Part shown: positions 36,267 through 46,641 of the stretch, one piece after another | Position numbering within the stretch: the first letter of the stretch is position 1 | How the letters are laid out: every line of letters starts with the position of its first letter | From: an uncultured Candidatus Saccharibacteria bacterium | Lineage (GTDB): Bacteria; Patescibacteriota; Minisyncoccia; Phycocordibacterales; WO2-35-19 | NCBI GenBank assembly: GCA_964589445.1 | Contig: CAZPQX010000002.1 | Location: 91,882 to 155,881 of the forward strand | Length of the DNA stretch: 64,000 nt | Reading direction: 5' to 3' | Notes under the pieces: generated by a model | Seen by the model: only the letters and a program-made list of their open reading frames with translations | What the model was told of the DNA's origin: nothing | Database searches by the model: none | Position numbers and translations under genes: made by a program

Positions 36267-37907
36267 TTAAAGGAAAAGGCGGACGAGGCGGAGGTCGTCG
36301 TAAGAGAATTTGGGGCCGAGCAGGTTTTTGACGGGCCCGAGCTTGTAAAACCCTTCTTCGGAAATACCCAATTTTTTGAAGGCTGCGTATATCTTTTTGA
36401 ATTTGGTTTGAGGGATGCCGTCTTTTAAATTGTAAATATTATAGCTTGGGTTTTCGGATTTGATTTCTTCGATGTGGTCTATGATGGTGCCAAATTTTAA
36501 TCCCCTCTTTTCTGCAATTTTTTTTATTTGCATCCCTTCGTTGAGCATCTTTTTGGTCTCTTCTACAGTGCTTAATTTTGGTTTTTTGGATGAACTTTTG
36601 TTTTCTATTTTGGTTTTAAACTCCTCGTGCATCTCTTTTACCTTCTCTTCTCCAAAGGTGCGGATGTGGAATGAGTTGGTCTCTGACATTTTTTTGAACT
36701 TACGGTCGAGCTCTAAAACTTCTTGGTTTACCTCTAGTGCCATCGCGTTTATGCCTTTGAGGAAGAGTCCGTCGAGCGAGCGTACGCGCGAAATAGCCAC
36801 ATAACCCATACCTCTTTCGAAGGATCTAGAAAGGTCTATCTCGGCCGCGTCGAGAGACATGCCTTGGCTTTTGTGGATGGTGATGGCCCAAGCAAGCCTC
36901 AAGGGGAACTGGCTTATTTCTGCTATTGTTTTGCCTTCTTCTTCTATTGCCCAATATTCCCTCTCGACATCTATGGTTTGGCCAGAAAGAGTTTTGACTC
37001 TGATGTCTTCGTATTCGCAGTTTTCAACTACTCCTAGTGTGCCGTTCACATAACCTTTTTCAAAATTGTTTTTTACGAACATAACCTTCGCCCCCTTTTT
37101 AAGCTCAAGATTTTCGGGTGCTAAGCAGCTCTTTTTTAGAGTTTCGATGATGGATTTTTTGCCGCTTGAACGCATGATGTATTCTATTTTTTTGCCTGAA
37201 ATTTTATCTAGCTCAGTGAAATTTTCTGTATCAACATTTGAGTTGTGAGTGTAGAGCTTTGTGGCGTCTAGATCTTTATTTTTTATAAAACGAGTTTGGA
37301 GTATCTCGCTGCTTTCGGAGGACACGCTGCCGGACCTGACTTCGTTTAGTATCTTGATCAGATGATCGTCTTTTTGACGGTGTTGTTCGGAGAGGTAGCA
37401 TATCTTGACTCCCATATCTTTCCAGCTTGTGCCATGGTACGCAAAAAGGGCCTCTATTTCTCCGCTCCTGTGTATTGGTGGAAGCTGAAAGAAGTCGCCA
37501 CAAAGTACGACCTGCATACCACCAAATGGTTTGTCGACTGATTTTATTTCTCTCACCACCTTGTCTACAAGGTCGAGGTGGTTGTGACTTAGCATGGATA
37601 TTTCGTCGATGATGAGTACAGAAGAGTCTTTTACCTTTTTTACTACATGAGACCTCTCGGCTATTTCAGATATTTCGGAGCTTGTGAGGGAGTTGTTGAT
37701 GCCGATGCCTGACCAAGAATGTATGGTGGTGCCACCCATGTGGGTGGCGGCTATGCCTGTTGATGCCGTGATGCCTATATTTGCATTTAATTCTTTGAGA
37801 TATTTGATGTATTCACGAAGGACGAAAGTCTTGCCGCTTCCGGCAGGCCCGGTGAGGAAAACATTCCTACCCGTTTTGAGTATGTCTAGAGCCTCTTTTT
37901 GAGTCAT
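36267..37907 (-). CDS. Pif1/RecD-family ATP-dependent DNA helicase with C-terminal HTH-like tail
   Basis: Walker A GPAGSGKT, LIIDEISM (Walker B), CGDFFQLPPI motif. Confidence 0.75.
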   Translation of the reverse strand: MTQKEALDILKTGRNVFLTGPAGSGKTFVLREYIKYLKELNANIGITASTGIAATHMGGTTIHSWSGIGINNSLTSSEISEIAERSHVVKKVKDSSVLIIDEISMLSHNHLDLVDKVVREIKSVDKPFGGMQVVLCGDFFQLPPIHRSGEIEALFAYHGTSWKDMGVKICYLSEQHRQKDDHLIKILNEVRSGSVSSESSEILQTRFIKNKDLDATKLYTHNSNVDTENFTELDKISGKKIEYIMRSSGKKSIIETLKKSCLAPENLELKKGAKVMFVKNNFEKGYVNGTLGVVENCEYEDIRVKTLSGQTIDVEREYWAIEEEGKTIAEISQFPLRLAWAITIHKSQGMSLDAAEIDLSRSFERGMGYVAISRVRSLDGLFLKGINAMALEVNQEVLELDRKFKKMSETNSFHIRTFGEEKVKEMHEEFKTKIENKSSSKKPKLSTVEETKKMLNEGMQIKKIAEKRGLKFGTIIDHIEEIKSENPSYNIYNLKDGIPQTKFKKIYAAFKKLGISEEGFYKLGPVKNLLGPKFSYDDLRLVRLFL

Positions 37908-37946
37908 GCGACTATTTTAGCAGAGTTTTGGCAGAAATTTAAAATT

Positions 37947-39629
37947 TTAAACTTTTGCTTTTGGTAGCTCTATAGTGAAAATGCTGCCCTTGCCCTCCCC
38001 TTCTGAAAATACTTTTATTTTGCCGCCTTGGTCTTCGGCCATCTTTTGGGCGATGTATAAACCTAGACCGGTGCCTATCACATTTGTCTTGTTTGCTGAT
38101 TTGCTCCTAGAGAATTTATTGAATAGTTTACCTACTTCACTTGGGTCGATGCCGATGCCGGTGTCTTTTATTTTTATCATCACCTTTTCGGAATCTGAAA
38201 GGAGCGATACGGTGATGCCTCCGTTTATAGTGTATTTTACTGAATTGTCTATAATGTTGCCTATCACCTGTCTTATCTTGTCTCTGTCTGCGTTTACTTC
38301 TGATTCGAAATTGTTTGGAATTTCAAGTTTTATTGATAGTTTGCTTTTTTCTATATTTAGTTTGTGTTCCTCTACAACTTCTTTTACCAAATCCTTTATT
38401 TGGAATACTGTTTTTTCATAAACCATTTTGCCTTGCTCAATCCTAGAAATATTTAGGAAGTCGTTGACTATGTTTATTAGGTTTTGGTTGGAGCGCATGA
38501 TCACTTTGACTGCTTCTTCTGCTTTTGGAGGCAGTGTGCCGAACTCTCCTTCGGTGAGCATGGATGTGTAACCTTTCATCGCTGTGAGGGGCGCGCGCAT
38601 CTGGTGGGAAGCGAGAGAGAGGAATTCGGATTTCATCTGATCGAGGTCAGTAAGTTTGCTATTTGCGAACTCCAAATCCTTGGCCAAAAGTTCTATTTTT
38701 TCTCTTTGCTCGACTTCACGCTTGACGGAGCGGATGAGGTATATTCCTAATATTGTGAAAAGCATCAGAGTTAGAGAAACCACAACCCGAGCATTTTCCA
38801 CTGTTCTAACAAAAAGTATAGATACTATCAAAAACCAAATAGAAGTTACTAAAACTTCTGAACCAATAATTTTTATATTAAAAGCTTTAAATCGCACTAT
38901 CTGATAACTGAGTATCCCCAAAAATACTGGTATTCCTATATATCCTATCTGCCCGATATACCAATTTTCTGTAATTACTTCTGCGATGTTACCAAGAGAG
39001 AAACTAAAAAGAAAAAGACATATGCCCAAAGCAGTAAAAATTATTTGTTTTCTTGTTGACCACTCTTTATTTTTTCTATATCTATCGAATGCCAGCAAGA
39101 CTACCCACAAAACTATTATGATCTCAACGAAGTAACCGTATTTGGGCAAAATTCCTTCTATGGCTACCCTGTCGCAGTTTGTAAGGTTAAAACCGGTAAG
39201 GGCTAGGCTTGTAGGCGCTAATAAGAAGGTTGGTATTAAGAGTGTGTAAGAAATTATTTTTGCTTTCAAATTTTCTTGTTTGTCAATAAACACGTAAAAA
39301 AATCTAAGGGCAAAAACATATATAAGTGGCTCCAGTATTATTTCTAAACTCCAAAAAAACATTGATAATTCTGGTCTGTCAGTTGCCCAAAGTACAAGAT
39401 CTGAAAAAAGCCAAGCACTTATTGCACATGTGAGGTAAAAGAGTATTTTATTCGTTAACCCTTTTTTATTATTTATAAATATAAAAAGACCAAAGAAAGC
39501 AACAATTATGAGTGTTCCTAAGTGTGAATAATAAATTAGCGGAGCAAATACGTTTTCTGAAAATATTAGAAATTTAGCCTCACTCCAGGCACATAATTTT
39601 ATTGTTTCTGTTACTATGTTGCCCTCCAT
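37947..39629 (-). CDS. membrane sensor histidine kinase (orphan; no adjacent response regulator)
   Basis: ~9 TM N-half; H-box LASHQMRAPLT; G1/G2 boxes GTGLGLYIA. Confidence 0.8.
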   Translation of the reverse strand: MEGNIVTETIKLCAWSEAKFLIFSENVFAPLIYYSHLGTLIIVAFFGLFIFINNKKGLTNKILFYLTCAISAWLFSDLVLWATDRPELSMFFWSLEIILEPLIYVFALRFFYVFIDKQENLKAKIISYTLLIPTFLLAPTSLALTGFNLTNCDRVAIEGILPKYGYFVEIIIVLWVVLLAFDRYRKNKEWSTRKQIIFTALGICLFLFSFSLGNIAEVITENWYIGQIGYIGIPVFLGILSYQIVRFKAFNIKIIGSEVLVTSIWFLIVSILFVRTVENARVVVSLTLMLFTILGIYLIRSVKREVEQREKIELLAKDLEFANSKLTDLDQMKSEFLSLASHQMRAPLTAMKGYTSMLTEGEFGTLPPKAEEAVKVIMRSNQNLINIVNDFLNISRIEQGKMVYEKTVFQIKDLVKEVVEEHKLNIEKSKLSIKLEIPNNFESEVNADRDKIRQVIGNIIDNSVKYTINGGITVSLLSDSEKVMIKIKDTGIGIDPSEVGKLFNKFSRSKSANKTNVIGTGLGLYIAQKMAEDQGGKIKVFSEGEGKGSIFTIELPKAKV

Positions 39630-39739
39630 TTTTTAGATAAAAAAAACAAAATATTTAAAATACAAATATCTGATTGATATTGCTACAACGGTAAGGATTA
39701 AGCCAATAACAAGACAAATATCTAGTACTTTAATTAACT

Positions 39740-40216
39740 TCATGTACTTTTATTATACACCTTCATAAAATAAGTAGGTATAAATGGAGTGTATTTCTTA
39801 ATTAATTTTTTAGGTAAATGTTGGATAGATTTTATTAATTTTCTACAGTTTTTATTTCTACAATTACATTCCATGTACCAAAAATTATCTATCTCTGTTA
39901 TAGAGTAGTCTATGGTAATTTCATCACCTTTTTTTATATTTTTCAGAGCAGTTACACTTACTTTTCCTTTTATACCGCAGTTGGGTTCACAAGAATGGTT
40001 TATATAGACACCAGGAGCAATAACATCCATCCATTTATTTTTACCTATACCTACCCAGTTAGGTCCGTACAGGGATGACTCTTCATCTGTTACTTTCCAG
40101 TCATCAATTATTTTTCCTCTAAAGATAAAAATTATATCCCCTCTCTTAAAATCTTTATTTGCGAATAAGCCGTTTCCTTGTATTTTACTTTCTCTAATTT
40201 CTATTCCCTTAGACAT
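39740..40216 (-). CDS. SET-domain protein (putative protein-lysine methyltransferase)
   Basis: GNGLFA, NHSCEPN, ITIDY motifs plus C-terminal Cys cluster (post-SET-like). Confidence 0.7.
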   Translation of the reverse strand: MSKGIEIRESKIQGNGLFANKDFKRGDIIFIFRGKIIDDWKVTDEESSLYGPNWVGIGKNKWMDVIAPGVYINHSCEPNCGIKGKVSVTALKNIKKGDEITIDYSITEIDNFWYMECNCRNKNCRKLIKSIQHLPKKLIKKYTPFIPTYFMKVYNKST

Positions 40217-40221
40217 GTTTG

Positions 40222-40788
40222 TTATTTTTTTCTGTATAAAATTCCAGTAATTATGCCATCTATAATGAATGTGTATATAGGATAAATTATAACACCAAAT
40301 AATAATTTGTCAATCGCAAAAAGATTAAGTAAATTACCAGTTTGTGTGATGGTCCAAGCAAAACGATCTTCTTCGTGAGGTTCTTGCCAAGATTTTTTTA
40401 TTGTAGGAAGCGCTGCGAAAAAATCTATTGCCAGGTTTGTTACTAATGCGACTATAGGTGAACCATATATCCACCAGAGAAGTAAACTAAAAAGAGAACC
40501 GACAAAAGCTATAATGTCGATTCTCTCTGCTCCTCCCTTACCATACTTTATGGCCAGCAAGGCTATGATAGTTGGGGCAATTGCTTCACTTACTGCTACC
40601 CAAACTGTATCCTCTGCCCCACTTTCCTTATAGCTTATGGCAAGTATTATCCCTATAAAAGCCCATATAAACCAAGTCGCTCGGCTTGGTTTGGTTGTGC
40701 CTTTTATTATTGCTGCTATATAAAAAAGATAAGCAGAGAATGAGAGTATCCCGGCTATTATCCCAAATTGGCTAGTATAACTAAGCAT
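40222..40788 (-). CDS. hypothetical multi-TM membrane protein (AT-rich paralog of 29645-30211)
   Basis: 188 aa; same length and N-terminal motif as GC-rich paralog. Confidence 0.5.
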   Translation of the reverse strand: MLSYTSQFGIIAGILSFSAYLFYIAAIIKGTTKPSRATWFIWAFIGIILAISYKESGAEDTVWVAVSEAIAPTIIALLAIKYGKGGAERIDIIAFVGSLFSLLLWWIYGSPIVALVTNLAIDFFAALPTIKKSWQEPHEEDRFAWTITQTGNLLNLFAIDKLLFGVIIYPIYTFIIDGIITGILYRKK

Positions 40789-40849
40789 TTATAAAAAATC
40801 AGAAATAAAATTACTATAAAATTCTACCACAGGTACTCTGGTTTTTAAA

Positions 40850-42232
40850 TTACAAGAAGTTCTTTTTTCGTTTTTTGCGGTGGAAGGTGATGGCGAAGCG
40901 GTGGGATTCGTTGTTTGCGAGGAGGATTTGCTTTTCGTAGGCGGTCGCCATTTTTGGGTCGCCAAGTATTTCGCGTGGTTTGTGTCTCTCATCTTTTACT
41001 ACGCTGACTAGTGCAATATTTAGATTTAGTTTTTGGAGGACGCTCCTCGCGGCACTGAGCTGCTGCTCTCCCCCATCTACAACTATAAGATTTGGCAGCA
41101 GCCATTCGCTGTGACCCATCCTCCTTTCTATGATTTCTTTTATCGCACCTGTGTCCCCTCTCGACTCTTCCCTCTTGATATTGAACATCCTGTATTCATT
41201 TTTGTTTATCTCGCCGTTTTCTATGACTGTCATCACTCCGACTCTGCTCTCGCCAGAAATGTGGGCAACATCGTAGCTTTCGATACGGAAAGACTGGCTC
41301 GTTGGTTCGGAATCATTTTTGATCAAGGCAATATCGTGTATATGCTTTAGTGCAAAAACCTTTTTCTTTATTTCGTCTGCTTTTTCAAAATCTTTTTGTT
41401 TAGCTAGAGCTTTCATATCCTTCTCGAGGTCGCTTATGAGTTTTCCTTTTTTGCCTTCAAAAAAAGTTTTGATATTTTCTATTATTTTTTTGTATTCCTT
41501 TTGACTTATCACCCCGGCACAAACTCCTGGGCAAAGGCCAATTTGGTAATTGAAGCAGCCTTTTACTGTTTTGAATAAATCCGAAGTATTGTCCTCGAGA
41601 GCAACTTTCGGACCACGACCGGTGGGAGAAGGAGGATATTTTTCAGCAGAAAAATAATCCGTTTGCTCGAGAGGATAATTCTGAGGATTTATTTTTCGGT
41701 TAATTTGTAATGGCATACACTTGTCCCTAAAAGGGAAAATTTTCCTGACAATTTTCATGGCTTCTCTTAGCTGCCCGCCGTTTGTGAATGGTCCAAATTT
41801 GTATTTGATATTTAATTCTTGAGGATTACGCTCGAGTTCTCTTTCTCTCCTCAGCAAAACCCTTGGGAACTCTTCGTCTGTGATGACTACATAATTCCAG
41901 CTTCTTTGGTCTTTGAGTGCAGTGTTGTATGGAGGTAGGTGTTTTTTTATTTCTCTAGCTTCGAGTATGAGGGCTTCGAGGACCGACTCGGTTTGTTCAA
42001 ATTTGATGTTTGCTATCTCCTCTACCATCTTGGCTATGAGAGGGCTTCTTTTTTCAGCAATATCAAGAGTAAAGTAGCTCCTCACTCTGTTTCGGAGAGA
42101 CGTCGCTTTGCCTATATAAAGTATGTTGTTTGTCTCCCCCAAAAATGTGTATATTCCGGGTGTAGTGGGCAAACCCTTTACTTTTGACTGTATTTCTTGC
42201 TGTTTTGGCATAATTACACTATAATTTATCAT
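40850..42232 (-). CDS. uvrC: excinuclease ABC subunit C (short form, 460 aa)
   Basis: N-terminal GIY-YIG (GIYTFLGETNNILYIGKATSLRNRVRSYF), central UvrBC motif region, C-terminal RNaseH-like endonuclease region; HhH tail apparently absent. Confidence 0.75.
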   Translation of the reverse strand: MINYSVIMPKQQEIQSKVKGLPTTPGIYTFLGETNNILYIGKATSLRNRVRSYFTLDIAEKRSPLIAKMVEEIANIKFEQTESVLEALILEAREIKKHLPPYNTALKDQRSWNYVVITDEEFPRVLLRRERELERNPQELNIKYKFGPFTNGGQLREAMKIVRKIFPFRDKCMPLQINRKINPQNYPLEQTDYFSAEKYPPSPTGRGPKVALEDNTSDLFKTVKGCFNYQIGLCPGVCAGVISQKEYKKIIENIKTFFEGKKGKLISDLEKDMKALAKQKDFEKADEIKKKVFALKHIHDIALIKNDSEPTSQSFRIESYDVAHISGESRVGVMTVIENGEINKNEYRMFNIKREESRGDTGAIKEIIERRMGHSEWLLPNLIVVDGGEQQLSAARSVLQKLNLNIALVSVVKDERHKPREILGDPKMATAYEKQILLANNESHRFAITFHRKKRKKNFL

Positions 42233-42234
42233 TC

Positions 42235-43536
42235 ATGTTTGGCTTAAGCAAAAAGAAAATTTCAATAGAGGGATACAAAGGCGTCAGGGATTTTTATCCG
42301 CGGGACAAGGCAATTCAAAATTTCCTCTTTAGTACTATGAGAAAAGTGGCTGAAAAGTATGGCTACGAAGAGTATGACTCCTCTGTACTCGAGCCCATCG
42401 AGCTTTATAAGGCAAAATCTAGTGAAGAAATAGTAAATGAGCAGATTTATTCTTTCGTAGATCGCGGAGGTCGCCAGGTGGCTTTGAGACCCGAGATGAC
42501 GCCGACTGTTTCGAGGATGGTGGGAGCAAAATGGCAAGACCTGCCTGCTCCTGTGAGATGGTACTCCATACCAAATGTTTTTAGATATGAAAAACCTCAG
42601 CGAGGGAGGCTCCGCGAGCACTGGCAGCTCAACCTCGACATCTTTGGGGTGAGCGGAGTGGCTGCTGACCTCGAAGTGATATCTGTGGCTTGTGGCATCC
42701 TCAAGGAGTTTGGTGCTACCGAAGATCATTTTACAGTAAAAATAAATAGTCGAGAGCTTTTGGACGAGCTTTTTGAGAGGGCTGATATAGAAGAAGACAG
42801 AAGAGTTTTTGTTTATAGGCTTCTCGACAAAAAGGAAAAGATGTCTGATGACGAATTTAGAAAGTCTCTCATCTCTCTTACAGATGAAAAGAGAGCTGGC
42901 AATATACTCGAAGCACTTTATATAAAAGAAGGTTTGCTTTCTGTGATGTCAGAGAGTCCAAAAGTCAGATACCTAAGCGAGCTCATCGCTGCTCTCAGAG
43001 CTAGTGGTATAAACAACATAGAGTTTGCTCCTACCTTGACTCGCGGCTTCGACTACTACACTTCGACTGTCTTTGAAATATTTGATAAGTCGCCTGACAA
43101 TCCACGATCTATTTTTGGAGGAGGTAGGTACGATGAGCTCGTTGGCTCTTTCGTGGGCGACAAGGTGCCGGCGGCTGGTTTTGGTATGGGAGATGTGACC
43201 CTTAAAGACTTCCTCGAGACTCACGGCCTTTTGCCACAAATAAATTCATCGGCTGATTTGTATATTTGTATTGCTCCAGAGACTCCCCTTTCTGAAGTAA
43301 ACAAAGTGGCCGATAATTTTAGAAATAAAGAAATCAATGTAGCCGTTGATATCTCGGGGAGGAAACTCTCGGATCAGCTTAGAAGTCTGGATAAAAGAAA
43401 TATCCCATTTGTACTCACTGTCGGGAAGGATGAAATAGAAAAAAATATTTTTGCTTTGAGGAACACCAAGACAAGAGAAGAGAATAAAGGGTCTTGTGAA
43501 GAATTGGCAGAGATTATAAAATCTACCAATTCCTAA
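42235..43536 (+). CDS. hisS: histidine--tRNA ligase
   Basis: Class II motifs; KGVRDF...RPEMTPTVSRM...FRYEKPQRGRLREHWQ; C-terminal anticodon-binding domain. Confidence 0.9.
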   Translation: MFGLSKKKISIEGYKGVRDFYPRDKAIQNFLFSTMRKVAEKYGYEEYDSSVLEPIELYKAKSSEEIVNEQIYSFVDRGGRQVALRPEMTPTVSRMVGAKWQDLPAPVRWYSIPNVFRYEKPQRGRLREHWQLNLDIFGVSGVAADLEVISVACGILKEFGATEDHFTVKINSRELLDELFERADIEEDRRVFVYRLLDKKEKMSDDEFRKSLISLTDEKRAGNILEALYIKEGLLSVMSESPKVRYLSELIAALRASGINNIEFAPTLTRGFDYYTSTVFEIFDKSPDNPRSIFGGGRYDELVGSFVGDKVPAAGFGMGDVTLKDFLETHGLLPQINSSADLYICIAPETPLSEVNKVADNFRNKEINVAVDISGRKLSDQLRSLDKRNIPFVLTVGKDEIEKNIFALRNTKTREENKGSCEELAEIIKSTNS

Positions 43537-43560
43537 TATTAAATAATACTAAACAGAAAG

Positions 43561-44139
43561 ATGAAAAAGATTGTTTTTGACATAGAAACTCAAAATACTT
43601 TTCAAGAAGTCGGGAGTAATGACCCGAGCCAACTCTCGATATCTTTGGTAGGTGTCTATGACTATGAGACAGGAGAATACTCGAGCTATCTCGAAAATGA
43701 ACTTGGTAGTTTGTGGAGGCTAATTGAAAATACAGAAGCACTCATCACATTCAACGGCGACCATTTTGATATTCCCCTTTTAAATAAGTATTACCCCGGT
43801 GATTTGCTCAAAATAAAAAGCGTGGACTTGCTAAAAGAAATGCAAAAGTCGGCTGGTCGTAGGATGAAGCTCGACCAGATAGCCGAAGGTACTCTAGGGG
43901 TAAAAAAGAGCGGGCACGGGCTCGACGCTATCAGGTGGTGGAAGGAGGGAGATATAGAAAGTATAAGAAAGTATTGTTTGGACGATGTGAAGATCACTAA
44001 AGATGTTTATGAATATGCTCTCAAAAACGGGAAACTTATTTTCAAAGAAGGTCCAAATTTAAATGAAGTGAAGCTCGACACTCGTGACTGGGAAAAGTTG
44101 GAAGACAAGGGCGCAATGAATTTCACTCTGCCTTTTTAG
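43561..44139 (+). CDS. DEDD-type 3'-5' exonuclease (RNase H-like fold, YprB/PolB-exo-like)
   Basis: FDIET (exo I), FNGDHFDIPLL (exo II), YCLDDV (exo III). Confidence 0.6.
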   Translation: MKKIVFDIETQNTFQEVGSNDPSQLSISLVGVYDYETGEYSSYLENELGSLWRLIENTEALITFNGDHFDIPLLNKYYPGDLLKIKSVDLLKEMQKSAGRRMKLDQIAEGTLGVKKSGHGLDAIRWWKEGDIESIRKYCLDDVKITKDVYEYALKNGKLIFKEGPNLNEVKLDTRDWEKLEDKGAMNFTLPF

Positions 44140-44297
44140 AGCAAAAATAAAAAACCTAAAACAAAATTATGATCTCCGTGGGAACCCTTTAGGGAGGAAC
44201 AGTCAATATTTTCGTTTTTATTTTTTGTAATTATATTTTAGACAAAACATCAAAAAACATGAAGCAGAATTTTGCTTCAGGTTTTTGTTTACTAGAT

Positions 44298-45077
44298 TTA
44301 CAAAAACAAAAGTATGGCTGCGGCGAGGAGAAGGCGGTAAACGATGAATGCGTTGAAGCTGTGATTTGAAAGGTATTTTACCAAGAATTTGATAGAAAGA
44401 ATGCCTGATACAAATGCAGCGATGAAGCCGGCTAGCATAGGCAAACTGACTATGCTTACAAGAGAACCCCATGAGTCTAGGAGTGTCTTGAGTGCTGCAC
44501 CTGCTATCACCGGGATACCAAGTAGGAATGCAAACTTGATAGACTCTTCTCTTGATAGTCCAGAAATGAGACCTCCTGAAATGGTGATGCCTGAGCGGGA
44601 AACTCCAGGGATGAGTGCGAGAGCTTGGAAGATGCCTATCAGGAAGCCTTTAGGCAAGCTGATGCCGCCCTTGTCTTTGCTTATCCTGTCTGCTATCCAA
44701 AAAACTGCACTGCCTGCCACAAGTGCATATGCTACATTTTCAGGGCTTCTAAAAATTTGCTCTATTTTGTCTTGAAAGAAGAAACCAGTTAAAACTGCGG
44801 GGATGCTGCCTAAAAGGATGGCATAAATAAGTTTGGAACTACGAGAACTCAAACCTTCTGATTTGGCGTCGAGCAAGAGTCTTTTTATTTCTCCCCAGAA
44901 AAAGTAAATGATGACGAGGAGTGTAGATAGGTGGAGGAGCACATCGAAGCTTATGCTGCCTGTGAGGTCGAGTCCGAGCAGCTCCCTCGCTAGTATCAGG
45001 TGACCTGAGGAGGATATGGGCATAAACTCTGTGATGCCTTGTACTATTCCTAAAATGATACCTTCGATGATGCTCAT
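44298..45077 (-). CDS. uppP: undecaprenyl-diphosphatase
   Basis: MSIIEGIILGIVQGITEFMPISSSGHLIL hallmark N-terminus; start moved to internal Met (track ORF extends to 45167). Confidence 0.85.
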   Translation of the reverse strand: MSIIEGIILGIVQGITEFMPISSSGHLILARELLGLDLTGSISFDVLLHLSTLLVIIYFFWGEIKRLLLDAKSEGLSSRSSKLIYAILLGSIPAVLTGFFFQDKIEQIFRSPENVAYALVAGSAVFWIADRISKDKGGISLPKGFLIGIFQALALIPGVSRSGITISGGLISGLSREESIKFAFLLGIPVIAGAALKTLLDSWGSLVSIVSLPMLAGFIAAFVSGILSIKFLVKYLSNHSFNAFIVYRLLLAAAILLFL

Positions 45078-45114
45078 GATTTTGGTCTGTGTTATTATTA
45101 TGATTATATTATAC

Positions 45115-45831
45115 ATGAAAGACAATCTATTGCTTCCAATTTCTATAGTAGTGGCTGGGCTCATCATAGGGGCTGGCTTTTACTTTTCTAGGACTCCTGG
45201 TACACCACTCGCCACTCCTCAAGGTCCAAACAACCCAGAACAAATCCAAAAACAAGCTGATCTCATGGCTAGTATGAGAGAAATAGATAGGAACGACCAT
45301 GTGCTCGGCGATAGTGACGCCCGGATCGTGCTAGTAGAATACTCTGACCCTGAATGCGCTTTTTGTAAGATGTTCCACTCCACCATGCTCTCTCTCATGG
45401 ATGAATACGGCAAGGCGGGGCAGCTTTCTTGGGTTTATCGTCACTTCCCCATCACTGAGATACATCCAAATGCTTTTAGAAAGGCAGAGGCTATGGAGTG
45501 CATCGCAGCTCTCGGGGATGAAAATAAATTTTGGCAATTTACAAACTTGATGTATGAAAGATCGGCAGAAGATGGGAGTCTCGCTCTCACGGAGCTTCCA
45601 AAAATAGCAAAGGAGGTGGGCGTCGACGAAGCGAAAATGCGTGTGTGTATGGAGAGCGGCGAGATGACAGCGAGAGTAGAGATGGACGTCAACAACGCGC
45701 GAGAAATGGGCTTCACAGGCACTCCGCAAAGTATATTGATAGACAGGAAGACCGGAGACACCTACCCCATCCAAGGCGCATTCCCTTATTTCCAAATGAA
45801 GCAGGCTATTGATTTGATACTCGAATCTTAA
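45115..45831 (+). CDS. DsbA-like thiol:disulfide oxidoreductase (thioredoxin fold), membrane-anchored
   Basis: CAFC active site (EYSDPECAFCKMF); N-terminal TM; start chosen at internal Met to avoid divergent overlap with uppP. Confidence 0.7.
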   Translation: MKDNLLLPISIVVAGLIIGAGFYFSRTPGTPLATPQGPNNPEQIQKQADLMASMREIDRNDHVLGDSDARIVLVEYSDPECAFCKMFHSTMLSLMDEYGKAGQLSWVYRHFPITEIHPNAFRKAEAMECIAALGDENKFWQFTNLMYERSAEDGSLALTELPKIAKEVGVDEAKMRVCMESGEMTARVEMDVNNAREMGFTGTPQSILIDRKTGDTYPIQGAFPYFQMKQAIDLILES

Positions 45832-46400
45832 GGAATAAATTTGAATGTGGAGAGGATTTCATTCAATAATTTTTCATTTTTGGAAGAAAAATTAAATATT
45901 CCAAAATTTGTCTTTTGTTCGTAAGAAATATTTTTTTCATAATCCTCATATCTGGTCCATTCAAAATCACCTGTTTTTATTTGCTTAGTATTTAACTTAG
46001 GAGGATAGGTTATTTCTATATCAGGATTTAAGTTTACAAAAGTTAATTCCTGAATTTCTTTTTTGGGTGAATAAAATAAATAAATCGTGTCTTTTTGAAT
46101 ATCTGTTGTCCATTCTTTTGGTATCTTTATTTCAAACCCGTACTCCTCATTTCTGTACGTCTGCCAGCCGGTCATGTCGGTCGAAGTGGCTACTTCTGCG
46201 GCTGTGGCTCTGTGGACTCTTGGTGTATAGGCGTATTCTGTATCGTCGTATGCATAAAGATAGGTAGAAATAAACCAGATAGCATAGCCTCCGGAGAGGA
46301 ACATGATAGCTACAAGAGTGATCAAAAAGTCGTAGCTTTTTTGGGGGTTTGGCCCTATTTTTTTTGGAGTTTCAAAATGGCTTTGTACGTCTGGAATCAT
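45828..46400 (-). CDS. hypothetical membrane-anchored protein
   Basis: 190 aa, one N-terminal TM. Confidence 0.4.
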   Translation of the reverse strand: MIPDVQSHFETPKKIGPNPQKSYDFLITLVAIMFLSGGYAIWFISTYLYAYDDTEYAYTPRVHRATAAEVATSTDMTGWQTYRNEEYGFEIKIPKEWTTDIQKDTIYLFYSPKKEIQELTFVNLNPDIEITYPPKLNTKQIKTGDFEWTRYEDYEKNISYEQKTNFGIFNFSSKNEKLLNEILSTFKFIP

Positions 46401-46470
46401 TTTTCTTTAATTATAATTTTTGTGAGTCTCTTGTGCTAGTGCTGCTGTTGATAATAATTTGGAATCTAAT

Positions 46471-46641
46471 TTTTTCTGCAGTATTTGCATTCTGGGTCTT
46501 CGCATACTTCGTCCAAGAGATTGCCAGACATAACTTTTTCAATAAGTATTTTTATTTTTTCTGCAGTATTTGCATTCTGGGTCTTCGCATACTTCGTCCA
46601 AGAGATTGCCAGACATAACTTTTTCAATAAGTATTTTTATT
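46471..46641. repeat. perfect tandem direct duplication, 2 x 85 bp, overlapping the 3' end of the helicase-nuclease gene
   Basis: ctgcagtatttgcattctgggtcttcgcatacttcgtccaagagattgccagacataactttttcaataagtatttttatttttt repeated with period 85. Confidence 0.85.

Noticed and set aside
40789-40992. Track ORF 40789-40992 (-)
   Set aside because: Overlaps the uvrC 3' end in another frame with low-complexity translation; spurious.
46471-46641. Tandem repeat as a CRISPR array
   Set aside because: Only two 85-bp units with no spacers and no cas genes; it is a coding-sequence duplication.
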